Source: an uncultured delta proteobacterium
GTDB taxonomy: Bacteria > Desulfobacterota > Binatia > HRBIN30 > BPIQ01
Direction: 5' to 3'
DNA length: 64,000 nucleotides
Assembly (NCBI GenBank): GCA_963761335.1
Contig: CAVXGR010000012.1
Span: 790,602 to 854,601 of the forward strand
The notes beneath the pieces were generated by a model. It did no database searches, was not told the DNA's origin, and saw nothing but the letters and a program-made list of their open reading frames with translations. Both the position numbers and the translations under genes were made by a program. The stretch's first letter is position 1; the number at the start of each line of letters is the position of its first letter. Below are positions 40,747 through 49,992 of this stretch, piece by piece.

Positions 40747-42329
40747 GGTCGGAAACTGCCAGAAGGTTCTACGCGCAACGTCCAATCGCCTCCGCTCGCC
40801 GTGGCGGTGAGATAGATGTTGGCCCCTGGCGCCGTCTCTTCCGCGATTCCGTCGAGCCCGGTTCCACTGGCTCGGGCCGCGGGGTGGAGGGACGCCGGAT
40901 AGAATGCAACCAGGCGCGCGCCGGCCGGCGCGCCGCTGCCACTGGCCTGCAGCGCGCCGGTGTCGGGATCGAACGACATCTGCTGCAGATTCCCCGGAGC
41001 GGCGCGCACAAAGGCGCGCGTCAGCTGGTCGATCAGCACTTGGCGCGCACCGACGACGGTATTGCTGGTGCAGTCGACGTCGAGCTCGCCCCAGACGTAG
41101 GGCACCCTTCCGGCGCGGTAATCGGACACCTTGTGCGGGTCACCGCAGGACTCTCTCCACGTCCACAGAGTGGCGCTGACGAGGAACTGCTCCTGAAAGC
41201 TCTGGTGGTCGCGAAAGTATCCGTCGTTCGGATCAGAGGCGCGGCGCGGGTCGGTACCCCACTCTCCGGAGAGCACCGGGGCACCTGCGAAGCGCTGCGC
41301 CTCGTCGAGCGCCACCTGAAAGGCCGCCGCCGTGATCGGCCCGCCGGTGAAACCGCCGGCGTAGATGTGCGGCGCGTAGACCACGTCGGCATCGCGGTCG
41401 AAGTCGGGCGGAGCCCCGGAACCGATCGTCGACCACAACGCCGACGGCTCGAAGAAGATCAGGTGCGGATGCCCTCCGGCGGCGTCCTCGGCGGCGCGGA
41501 TCTGGCGCAGCGCATCGGCGTACAGCTGCGCCAGCCCCTGCTGGGCGGCGGCGCTGAAGGCATTGGGCTCATTCATGACGTCATAGCCCGCAACCGCGTC
41601 GCTTCCCGCGAAGCGCGCCGCGAGGTGACCGAGCATGCGGGCGTAGCGGGTGCGGATGCCGACGCCGCCCGGTCCGGCGGCATCGCGCCAGAAGGCGTCG
41701 AAGGCGGCGGTCACCGCCGGGCTGAGCTCGCGGATGCCGGCGGGAGCGCATCGCGAGGCGCCCCCGTCGAGCGTCGCCCACCCGGGGGCGCCATCCCAGC
41801 CCAGGGCCGGCTCGCTGCCGGCGGCACACGTCTGCTCGGCGGGCGCCGCCAGAGTCGGCCCCCAGGCGTCCTGGTGCAGATCGATGATGCTGTAGATCCC
41901 GCGATCGGCGAGCAGCGCCACCGCGGCCGCGGCCTGATCGAGATACGCCTCGTCATAGACGCCCGGCTGCGGCTCGACCCGCGACCAGGAAAGCAACAGG
42001 CGCACCGCGTCCCAGCCGATGCCCGCCATGCGCTCGGCATCGGCTTCAGTCAGCGGAAAGGTGGTGGCGAACTCGGTCCCCTGCCAGTACTCCGCGAGGG
42101 CGTTGACGTTCACGCCTCGCAGAATCACCTGTCGGCCTCGGGCGTCGACGATGCGGCCGCCCCGCGCCATGTCCGGCTCGGCGTGCAGGGCCGAGAGCGA
42201 CACCGGCGAGGTGTCGGGCGGCGCCGTGTCCTCGCCGCCACAGGCGGCCAGCAGCAGGGGCAGCGCCAGGACGGCAGCGAGGCGGCAGCCGCGAATCGTG
42301 CGGCCGCGCCGCCCCGCGCCGCAGCCCAC
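40743..42329 (-). CDS. GH5 endoglycoceramidase-like lipoprotein
   Basis: LAAC lipobox, LRGVN, DLHQD, NEP, GEWG. Confidence 0.85.
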   Translation of the reverse strand: MGCGAGRRGRTIRGCRLAAVLALPLLLAACGGEDTAPPDTSPVSLSALHAEPDMARGGRIVDARGRQVILRGVNVNALAEYWQGTEFATTFPLTEADAERMAGIGWDAVRLLLSWSRVEPQPGVYDEAYLDQAAAAVALLADRGIYSIIDLHQDAWGPTLAAPAEQTCAAGSEPALGWDGAPGWATLDGGASRCAPAGIRELSPAVTAAFDAFWRDAAGPGGVGIRTRYARMLGHLAARFAGSDAVAGYDVMNEPNAFSAAAQQGLAQLYADALRQIRAAEDAAGGHPHLIFFEPSALWSTIGSGAPPDFDRDADVVYAPHIYAGGFTGGPITAAAFQVALDEAQRFAGAPVLSGEWGTDPRRASDPNDGYFRDHQSFQEQFLVSATLWTWRESCGDPHKVSDYRAGRVPYVWGELDVDCTSNTVVGARQVLIDQLTRAFVRAAPGNLQQMSFDPDTGALQASGSGAPAGARLVAFYPASLHPAARASGTGLDGIAEETAPGANIYLTATASGGDWTLRVEPSGSFRP

Positions 42330-42538
42330 TAGTCCTCGAACTTGAAGGAGACCTTCACCTTGGCGCGATAGGCCTGCACCTTGCCGTCCTCGAGGGCCAT
42401 GTCGAGCTGCGCCACCTCGGCCACGCGCAGGTCGCGCAGCGTCTTGGAGGCACGCTCGACGGCCGCCTTCGCCGCCTTCTCCCAGGACTCGGTGCTGGTC
42501 CCCACGAGCTCGATCACTTTGTAGACGCTCTCTGCCAT
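42329..42538 (-). CDS. Dodecin
   Basis: SVYKVIELVGTS..SWE, YRAKVKVSFK. Confidence 0.95.
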   Translation of the reverse strand: MAESVYKVIELVGTSTESWEKAAKAAVERASKTLRDLRVAEVAQLDMALEDGKVQAYRAKVKVSFKFED

Positions 42539-42639
42539 ATCGACCTCCTCACGTTTTCCGCCATGCTAGGCGAAGCGCCCTAGCACCGCAACGGCGCCTC
42601 TCGACTCGTCAAACCGAAAGCGCCGCCGGGACAGCACCT

Positions 42640-44634
42640 CTACATGGCGTTCACCGGCTGATATCGCAGACCGGCGAGGAACCAGATTCCCGGCGCGGGA
42701 AAGCCGATCGCCTCCTGATAGCGGCGGTCGAGGAGATTGCGCACCGTTGCCGTGATTGCGAAAGACGCCAGCCTGCCCGGAAGGCGGTAGGAAACGGCCA
42801 CGTCGGTGCGGCTGTAGCTGCCGACGCGGGCCGGCTCGAAGTCGTTCTGCGGATCGGCGCTGTCGCGGCTGCCGACGCTGTCCACGGCGAGGGAAGCGCG
42901 CAGCCGATCTCCGCTACCCCACAGATCGCCCTTCTCGACGGCGATCGTGACGGCGCCGCGGTGTCGCGGCCGGTTGAGCAGGACTCCGGTCGGCGTGGAG
43001 AAGTCGAGATAGGTGTAGCTGGCGCCGAGCTCGAGCCACTCCCACGGGCGGGTGCTGGCGACCAGCTCGACTCCCTGGAAGCGGGCGTTCTGGTTGCGCG
43101 TCAGCTCCGTTCCCTCCCCTTCGGGAACCCCGGCGATCGGAGCGGGCAGCTGGTCGGCGACCTCCTCGATCAAGTTGGTGACCTCCCGATAGAAGTAGAT
43201 CGGCTCGAAGCGCAGCCGTCCGCCGGCGAAGGTCTGGGTGAGACCGGCATCGATCTCCCAGCTCTCCTCCGGCTCGAGCTCAGGATTGCCGAGGCCCGGC
43301 TGGAAGAGCTCGTCGAAGGTCGGCACCCGGAAGCCCTCCGCGTAGCCGAGTCGCAAGCGCGTTCCGGTGGCCCGCAAGAGATAGGCACCAGATCCGGACA
43401 GAGTGAGGTGGTCGCCGAAGCGGTCGTAGCGATCGTAGCGAATGCCGCCGACGCCGTGCAGCGTGTCGTCGAGCAGACTCAGCTGCTGTTGGGCGTAGAA
43501 CGCGTAGCTGGAACGGTTGGCGTTGAAGCTCTCGAGATCGATCTCCTCCTCGCCCGGGTCCTCCTGGTCGGCGCCGACGGACAGGTGAGTGACGTGCGCC
43601 GAGGTCTCCTGGAACTGCATGCCGGCGGTGGTGAGCGCCGTGCCGAGCCAGGCGTAGTCCGCCTGCGCATCGACGGCGGCAATCTCACTGGGAAGGTGGG
43701 CGGCGATCACCGGCTCGACCTCGGCGTCGGCCTCGTCGATCCTGTCGTCGCGATAGCGCTGATCCTGGCGGACATATGACCCGGAGGCGCGCAGCGTCAG
43801 CGCCTCCCCCAGAGTCTTCTCCCACTCGCCCTTCGCCGAGACGAACTCGTTGTGCGCGTGGGCGTCGGGGTCGAGCACGCCCTGGGCGACGTTGAAATCG
43901 GGGAGGCCCAAACGCGCGTCCGTGTAGCGGAGAAAGCCGCGCACCACCCCGACAGCGGACATGTCGAGATCGGCGCGCCAGACCGTGGAGACGTTGCCGT
44001 AGTCGTCGTTGATCGGGCGAAAGCCGTCGGAGCCGACGTAGGAGATGTTGCCGAACAGAGACAGCGGGCCGCGCTCCCCGCTCAGGCTCACGGCTTCGTG
44101 ATGCGTTGCCGCGCTGCCGGCCTCACCGAGGGCGGTGAGATGAAAGGGCCCGCGGCCGCGCGGCGTGATCACGTTGATGACCCCGCCGATCGCCTTCGAG
44201 CCGTACAGGGTGCCACCCGCTCCGCGCACGACCTCGATGCGATCGACGCCGTCGGCCAGCAGGTCCCCGAGGTCGAACTGGCCGACCGTGGGGGTGTTCA
44301 CCTCGACGCCGTCGAGAAGCACCAGCACCTGATCGGGCGGTGCCCCGCGAATCGAGGCGAAGGCGGTTCGCCCCGGGGAACCGAAGCGGGTGATGTCGAG
44401 CCCGGGGACCGGCCGTAGCGCCTCGGCGACCGAGGCGTCGCCGCGGCGCTGAATGTCGTCGGCGCTGACCACGCTGACCGAGGTGGTGAGATCTTCCGCC
44501 AGCGTGCTGGTGCGCGTGGCCGTAACCACCACCTCGCCCAAGCGCACCGCCGGCTCTTCCGCAATCGCCGCCGAGGCCACCGCGAGGGCAACGGCGATCA
44601 CCAGCGGCCGCAGCGAAGTCCAGGTGCCCCCCAT
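42640..44634 (-). CDS. TonB-dependent receptor (BtuB-like)
   Basis: EVVVTATR TonB box, IEVVRG plug, GNPELEPE, NLLD. Confidence 0.88.
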   Translation of the reverse strand: MGGTWTSLRPLVIAVALAVASAAIAEEPAVRLGEVVVTATRTSTLAEDLTTSVSVVSADDIQRRGDASVAEALRPVPGLDITRFGSPGRTAFASIRGAPPDQVLVLLDGVEVNTPTVGQFDLGDLLADGVDRIEVVRGAGGTLYGSKAIGGVINVITPRGRGPFHLTALGEAGSAATHHEAVSLSGERGPLSLFGNISYVGSDGFRPINDDYGNVSTVWRADLDMSAVGVVRGFLRYTDARLGLPDFNVAQGVLDPDAHAHNEFVSAKGEWEKTLGEALTLRASGSYVRQDQRYRDDRIDEADAEVEPVIAAHLPSEIAAVDAQADYAWLGTALTTAGMQFQETSAHVTHLSVGADQEDPGEEEIDLESFNANRSSYAFYAQQQLSLLDDTLHGVGGIRYDRYDRFGDHLTLSGSGAYLLRATGTRLRLGYAEGFRVPTFDELFQPGLGNPELEPEESWEIDAGLTQTFAGGRLRFEPIYFYREVTNLIEEVADQLPAPIAGVPEGEGTELTRNQNARFQGVELVASTRPWEWLELGASYTYLDFSTPTGVLLNRPRHRGAVTIAVEKGDLWGSGDRLRASLAVDSVGSRDSADPQNDFEPARVGSYSRTDVAVSYRLPGRLASFAITATVRNLLDRRYQEAIGFPAPGIWFLAGLRYQPVNAM

Positions 44635-44912
44635 GACGGCGGGCCTTCTATCGACGTGTTGCCGGCGAGGCAACCGCCCGTAGATGAAAGTCTCATGAAC
44701 GAACGCAGCCGGCCCCCCCAAGCGACTCGATTCCAACCTGCTTCACCTCCCCCCCCGGCATTTCGCTGGCCGCGCGGCACTTTCGCACCGCCTCCGGGAA
44801 ACTCGTCGAAGTGTGGCCTCTCGCAATCCGTGCCGCCATCGCCGCGCATGCCGGTTGCTACCGCTCCCCAGCGGCGTCGCCGTTTTCATCCGGCGCGAGA
44901 GGAGGGTCGAAT

Positions 44913-45356
44913 ATGGGAATCAGAATCGTCGTCGTCCTGTCACTTGCCATGGTCTTTGCGTCGGTCGCGCGCGCCGACGTCATCACCAACATCCAGACCA
45001 CCTGCAACAACAGCGGGCCGGCGGCCGCCGCCACCGCAGCGCAATCGTTCTTCGTCTCGACGCTGTCGGGCAATCCCAGCGACTGCAGCAAGCTCTGCAA
45101 GAAATGGGTGTCGGCGTGCAAGGGGGCAGTCGCCGGTGAGAAGGCCTGCTTCACCACGGCCACGGCCAAGGTGGTCGCGGTGCGCATGGCGCAGTGCAAG
45201 ACCGCCGTCGAGCCGCAGCGCAGCTCCTGCCTCGACACACTCATGGCGGAGAAGCAGGCGGCCAAGGACTTCATCGCCGCCGAGGTGGACGCAGGCAAGG
45301 CCTCCTGCACCTCCACCGGCCTCAGCAGCTGCCTCAACTATTGCTCGGTGCAGTGA
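44913..45356 (+). CDS. Small secreted Cys-rich protein
   Basis: GGAGG RBS, signal peptide, 10 Cys in the mature region. Confidence 0.75.
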   Translation: MGIRIVVVLSLAMVFASVARADVITNIQTTCNNSGPAAAATAAQSFFVSTLSGNPSDCSKLCKKWVSACKGAVAGEKACFTTATAKVVAVRMAQCKTAVEPQRSSCLDTLMAEKQAAKDFIAAEVDAGKASCTSTGLSSCLNYCSVQ

Positions 45357-45365
45357 ACCTCGGCG

Positions 45366-46115
45366 TCAGTCTCGACGGCCCGGCAGTCCGATCCAGCGCA
45401 GCGAGCGAGCGATCTCCTCGCGCCCGTTGACGCGTATCCACTCGCCGTGAGCGATGATCACGCGGAGCGGATCCCAGGCGAGGACCTGCCGCAGCGCCGC
45501 GCGCGCCGACCTGCGGTTCCAGAACGACAGGCGCCACTCGCGCGGCGTGCTGCCCTGCGGACCGACCAGGCCGTCGAGGCGCATGACCGCGCCGCGCCAG
45601 CCGCGCATTGTCGCCGGATCGAATCGCTGGATGAGGTCGGTGAAGATGGCCGTGCGCGAGGCGCGGTGAAAGAAGACCACCTCCTCCATGGCGAAGCTGC
45701 CGTGAAAAACCACCTGATCGATCTGCCCGGCCCAGGCCGGCTCCGGCTGGTCGCCGAGCTCGCCGGTGAAGGAGAGGTCGGGCCGCCGCCGAGCGAGGCC
45801 GGGAGACGCGTAGAGCCGCGCCTCCGGCCAGGCCTGCGCCCACTCGCCCAGGAAGAGATGGTGGATCTTGTTCGGTGACACCAGCGCGGTGACCGGACCG
45901 AGGCTGGCAACGGCAGCGTCGAGCGCGGCCGTCCGCCGGATCGGTGAGCAGACCCACAGGTCGCCCCCCGTGAGCCGCACCACCGTCATCCGCGTCGGAT
46001 AGGGAAACCCGAAGAAGGGCACCGCCGGTCCCTCGGCGATCCAGATGTCGCGATCCACTTCCTGCAGCACGCGGGCAGTGTAGCATGGTCCGAGGGTGAA
46101 CCGCAGAGGACCCAT
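45366..46115 (-). CDS. DUF4336-family protein
   Basis: TRMTVVRL, SPNKIHHLF, EVVFFH. Confidence 0.75.
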   Translation of the reverse strand: MGPLRFTLGPCYTARVLQEVDRDIWIAEGPAVPFFGFPYPTRMTVVRLTGGDLWVCSPIRRTAALDAAVASLGPVTALVSPNKIHHLFLGEWAQAWPEARLYASPGLARRRPDLSFTGELGDQPEPAWAGQIDQVVFHGSFAMEEVVFFHRASRTAIFTDLIQRFDPATMRGWRGAVMRLDGLVGPQGSTPREWRLSFWNRRSARAALRQVLAWDPLRVIIAHGEWIRVNGREEIARSLRWIGLPGRRD

Positions 46116-46168
46116 GCTCCGCGGTCCGCGGATGCATTCCCCCCGCCGTTGTGGTCATATTCGACGCC

Positions 46169-46681
46169 ATGGGCACGGCGCTCCATATTCTCGGACTCCT
46201 GCTGCTCTTCGCCTTCTGCGCCGCGAGCTTGGCGTCCCTGCTCTTCGGTCTGCCGGGGACGTTCTTCATCCTGGGCGCCGCCCTGGTGTACGCCTGGGCG
46301 AGCGGATTCGCCCAGGTCACCTGGGCGACGATCGGCTGGCTGGCATTGATGGCCGTGGTCGCCGAGGGGATCGAGTTTCTGGCCGGGGCCGCGAGCGCCG
46401 CCGGCGAGAAGCCGTCCTGGCGGCTGACCCTCGCGGTGATTGCCGGAGGACTGATCGGCGGCATCGTCGGCACGCCCTTCCTCCTCGGCATCGGCTCGCT
46501 GATCGGCGCACTGCTCGGCGCTTTTGCCGGCGCTTCGCTCGCCGTGATGTCCGAGGGCGGCACTTTCGGCCACGCCTACACCGCCGGCATCGCGGCGCTG
46601 CGGGGACGCTTCCTGGGCTTCGTGGTGAAGTCCGCCATCGCCGCGGCGATGATCATCGTGGTCGCCGTGGCCGCGATCTGA
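46169..46681 (+). CDS. DUF456-family membrane protein
   Basis: GLPG, Gly-rich TM segments. Confidence 0.7.
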   Translation: MGTALHILGLLLLFAFCAASLASLLFGLPGTFFILGAALVYAWASGFAQVTWATIGWLALMAVVAEGIEFLAGAASAAGEKPSWRLTLAVIAGGLIGGIVGTPFLLGIGSLIGALLGAFAGASLAVMSEGGTFGHAYTAGIAALRGRFLGFVVKSAIAAAMIIVVAVAAI

Positions 46682-46693
46682 AGCGCCTGAGCC

Positions 46694-47593
46694 ATGCGCC
46701 GCGACCGCTGCCGCCGGCCCGCCGTCCTCGGGACCCTGCTCGCCTTCGTCCTCTGCGCCGGGGTCACACCGGCGTGGTCGTGGGGAAGGCTGGCGCACGA
46801 GGCGATCTGCGAGATCGCCTATCGGGAGCTCCCCGCGGCGACCCGGGCACGGCTGCGCCAGATCATGGCCGGCGATCCCGAGGTGCGCACCTTCCGCAAG
46901 GGATGCGCCTGGCCGGATTGGGCGGGAGCGGCGCAGGACGCTCGCCGCTCCGAGCACTACGTGAACGTCCCGCGCAGCTGGACCACGATTCCCGCCGACA
47001 CCTGTCCGCTGGCGCCGCACTGTCTGCTCAGCGCCATCCGCGACGACGAGCGGGTTCTCGCCTCCAGCGCCTCCGCTCGCGAGCGACGGCGGGCCCTCGA
47101 GTTTCTCGGGCACTGGGTGGGCGACATCCACCAGCCGCTCCACGTCTCTTTCGAGGACGATCGCGGCGGCAACGAGATCGAGGTGGCGAACCATCTCCCC
47201 TGCCGGCACAATCTGCACGGCGTCTGGGACGCCTGCATCCCCGAGGCGCTGATGAAACGCCTCGGCGCCGGACGCGACGCGCGGCGGCTGGCCACCATCC
47301 TGCGCGGCGAGATCACCGATCGGCAGCGCGCCGCCTGGAGGCGCGACATGTCGCCCGCGGCCTGGGCGAGCGAGTCGCTGTCGATCGCGCGCCGCCCGGA
47401 CGTGCAGTACTGCGTGCTCCGCGGCGAGGTCTGCCGGTACTCATCCGACCGGCGCCGGCATTCCGGCCGCGAGGACCGCGTTCTCCACATCGGCGCCGCT
47501 TACATCGACGCCCACGTTCCCGTGGTCGCGGAGCAGATCGAGAAGGCAGGGGTGCGACTCGCCGCTCTGCTCGAGCAGCTCCTCGGCAAGTAG
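46694..47593 (+). CDS. S1/P1 nuclease
   Basis: WG..AH, WPD, HWVGDIHQPLH, DRGGN, NLHGVWD, AGVRLA. Confidence 0.92.
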   Translation: MRRDRCRRPAVLGTLLAFVLCAGVTPAWSWGRLAHEAICEIAYRELPAATRARLRQIMAGDPEVRTFRKGCAWPDWAGAAQDARRSEHYVNVPRSWTTIPADTCPLAPHCLLSAIRDDERVLASSASARERRRALEFLGHWVGDIHQPLHVSFEDDRGGNEIEVANHLPCRHNLHGVWDACIPEALMKRLGAGRDARRLATILRGEITDRQRAAWRRDMSPAAWASESLSIARRPDVQYCVLRGEVCRYSSDRRRHSGREDRVLHIGAAYIDAHVPVVAEQIEKAGVRLAALLEQLLGK

Positions 47594-47614
47594 TCGCTTC
47601 TACCTCCTGGAGAC

Positions 47615-47686
47615 TCACGCAACGACGCCACGGCGCAACGCCAGAGATGGGGAGCCAGAGCGTTGCGCCGCAGCGCCGTTGCGTGA
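47615..47686. repeat. Long inverted repeat between convergent genes
   Basis: TCACGCAACG..CGGCGCAACG / CGTTGCGCCG..CGTTGCGTGA. Confidence 0.65.
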
Positions 47687-47695
47687 CTCCCTGCC

Positions 47696-48499
47696 TCAGT
47701 CTTGAAACTGCGGCCGTCGCATCTCTCGCCGGGCGCGGATGGCCTCGGCGAGGTTCTCGGTGGTCATGCGCACCAGAAGCTGATTGCGGTTCTCGAGATC
47801 GATGGCGGCGGTGAGACTCGTCGTCTCGAGGTTCGCCCACAGGGTGCGCTTGGTCATCGACACGCCGTGCGGGCTGTACCCGCAGATCTGCTCGGCGAGA
47901 TCGAGAGCGGTATCGAGGAGCTGCTCGTCGGGGACGACGCGGGAGACGAGCCCGATGCGTTCCGCCTCCTCCGCATTCACCTCGCGGCCGCTGAGGATGA
48001 TCTCGTTGGCTCGCGAGGCGCCGATCAGGCGGGGCAGCAGGTAGCTGATGCCGAGCTCGGTGCCGGTGAGACCGTTGTTGATGCCGGCGCCGCGGAAGGT
48101 GGCCGAGTCGCCGGCGATGCGGATGTCGGCGCCCAGAGGCAGGCAGAGGCCGCCGCCATAGGCCGGCCCGTTGACGGCGGCGATCACCGGCTGCGGCATG
48201 GCGCGCAGCGACGGCACGAGGTTGGAAAAGTACTCCATGGCGCGGATGGCGATGCGCGACATCGGCAGGCCGTCGATCCCGGGCGGCACACCGTGATCCT
48301 CGAGGTCGAGGCCGGAGCAGAAGCCGCGTCCGGCACCGGTGAGCACCGCCACCCAGGTATCGTTGTCCGCCGCCACCTGCGCGATCGCCTCGTGCAGCGG
48401 ACCCACCAGCTCGAACGACATGGCGTTCAGGCGCTCGGGGCGGTTGAGGGTGATGAGGCCGACGTGCGGCCGCGGCTTGTCGACGGTGACGAAGGGCAT
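47696..48499 (-). CDS. Enoyl-CoA hydratase/isomerase family protein
   Basis: LNRPERLNA, FCSGLDL, AAVNGPAYGGG. Confidence 0.9.
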   Translation of the reverse strand: MPFVTVDKPRPHVGLITLNRPERLNAMSFELVGPLHEAIAQVAADNDTWVAVLTGAGRGFCSGLDLEDHGVPPGIDGLPMSRIAIRAMEYFSNLVPSLRAMPQPVIAAVNGPAYGGGLCLPLGADIRIAGDSATFRGAGINNGLTGTELGISYLLPRLIGASRANEIILSGREVNAEEAERIGLVSRVVPDEQLLDTALDLAEQICGYSPHGVSMTKRTLWANLETTSLTAAIDLENRNQLLVRMTTENLAEAIRARREMRRPQFQD

Positions 48500-48611
48500 G
48501 GCTCTCCTCTCGATACGGGGGATGGCGCCGACTCCTACCCCATCGCCGCCGCCACCGCGAGGGTGTTGCGTCCCGCTTGCGCGCAAGGGCCATTCGCGGG
48601 TTCCGCCGGGG

Positions 48612-49064
48612 CTATGACGCCTCGTTCTCTGCAGTCGCCAATGGATTCACCACCCGCAGCGCCGGGAAGCGGCTGAAGTCCCGATCCGCCGTCCACAGGG
48701 CCTGCACGCCGTGGGCAAGGCAGAGTGCGGCGATTCGCGCATCGTGGATCTTGGGCCCGGCGGCTCTCCCCGCTTCGGCGAGTGGTCGCAGCGTCGCCCA
48801 GTGCTCAGCGCTCTCACCCAGAAGGATGAGGCTCGGCGATTCGATCCACGCATCCACCTGCTCGAGGGCGTCGGCGATCGGCGTCGGCGGATCGTAGACC
48901 CGCGGATGCGTGGCGATGGCGAGAAACTCATGCACGCAGGGCCACGGGATCGCCCACGGTCCGCGCGCCTCGGCGAGGGAACGCAGACAGCTGGCCGCCC
49001 GATCGTGCCACTCCGAGTCGCGGCGGTGGGCGTAGATCAGGATGTTGGTGTCGACGGCGATCAC
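48612..49064 (-). CDS. vapC: VapC PIN-domain toxin
   Basis: MIAVDTNIL, HEF, HDARIA, TADRDF. Confidence 0.9.
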   Translation of the reverse strand: MIAVDTNILIYAHRRDSEWHDRAASCLRSLAEARGPWAIPWPCVHEFLAIATHPRVYDPPTPIADALEQVDAWIESPSLILLGESAEHWATLRPLAEAGRAAGPKIHDARIAALCLAHGVQALWTADRDFSRFPALRVVNPLATAENEAS

Positions 49065-49108
49065 GTCCCGCGCCCTTCGTAGGCGGCCTCACGAAGGCGC
49101 TCCCAATC
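49061..49108 (-). pseudogene. 3' remnant of a VapB-type antitoxin
   Basis: DWERLREAAYEGRGT* overlaps the vapC GTG; no recognisable N-terminus. Confidence 0.6.
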
Positions 49109-49227
49109 GCTTCTTCGCCGCGGTCGACATCCCGGTTCCGCAGGGGCTCTTCGCCCCTTGCGGCACTCCGACAATCGACGCAGAATCTGCGCCCGACGAC
49201 ACGCACAGCCGGGAGGAGCGCCACGCC

Positions 49228-49989
49228 ATGAGCATGCCGGAGCTGTTCCAATTCAACTTCTCGCACTTCAACGAGAAGGTCCGCTGGTCGCTCGATCACA
49301 AGAGGATCCCACACGTGCGGCGCTCGCTTCTGCCGGGGCCGCACCTGCTCTCGACGATCCGCCTCTCCGGGCAGAAGCAGGTCCCGGTGCTGCGCCTCGA
49401 CGGCGAGGCGATCGTCGGCTCGGCGCACATCATCGACCGCCTCGAGGAGCGCTGGCCCGAGCCGGCCCTGTACCCCGCGGAGGCAGCGCAGAGGCGGCGC
49501 GCCCTGGAGATCCAGCGCTGGTTCGACGACGACGTCGGTCCGCAGATCCGGCGGGCCATGTTCTTCGAGATCCTGCCCGACGCCAGTTTCTCCACGACGC
49601 TCTTCACCCGAGGGCAACCGCCGCTGGCGCGCCGCGTCTACCGCGCCAGCTTCCCCGCGATCCGCGCGGTCATGCGCCGCGACATGCACATCGACGCCGC
49701 CGGCGCCGGGCGCGGCCTGGAGCGCACCCGCGAAGCCCTCGACTTCGTCGCCGCCAATCGCGGCGCCGGCGGCTATCTCGTCGGCGACAGCTTCACCGTG
49801 GCCGACCTCACCGCCGCCTCCCTGCTCTTCCCGGCGGTGATGCCCGACGAGGTCCGGCATTTCTTGCCTGACCCGCAGCCGCCGGTGCTCCGCGACTGGC
49901 TCGGCAAATGGGCCGATCATCCCGGCGCCGCCTGGGTCCGCGACATGTTCCATCGCCACCGCGGCGACTCCGCGGAAGTGGCGTTCTGA
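49228..49989 (+). CDS. Glutathione S-transferase family protein
   Basis: SHFNEKVRW, QVPVL, YLVGDSFTVADL. Confidence 0.88.
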   Translation: MSMPELFQFNFSHFNEKVRWSLDHKRIPHVRRSLLPGPHLLSTIRLSGQKQVPVLRLDGEAIVGSAHIIDRLEERWPEPALYPAEAAQRRRALEIQRWFDDDVGPQIRRAMFFEILPDASFSTTLFTRGQPPLARRVYRASFPAIRAVMRRDMHIDAAGAGRGLERTREALDFVAANRGAGGYLVGDSFTVADLTAASLLFPAVMPDEVRHFLPDPQPPVLRDWLGKWADHPGAAWVRDMFHRHRGDSAEVAF

Positions 49990-49992
49990 CCA

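Noticed and set aside
44635..44912. Cobalamin riboswitch upstream of the BtuB-like receptor
   Set aside because: No B12-box or conserved core recognised
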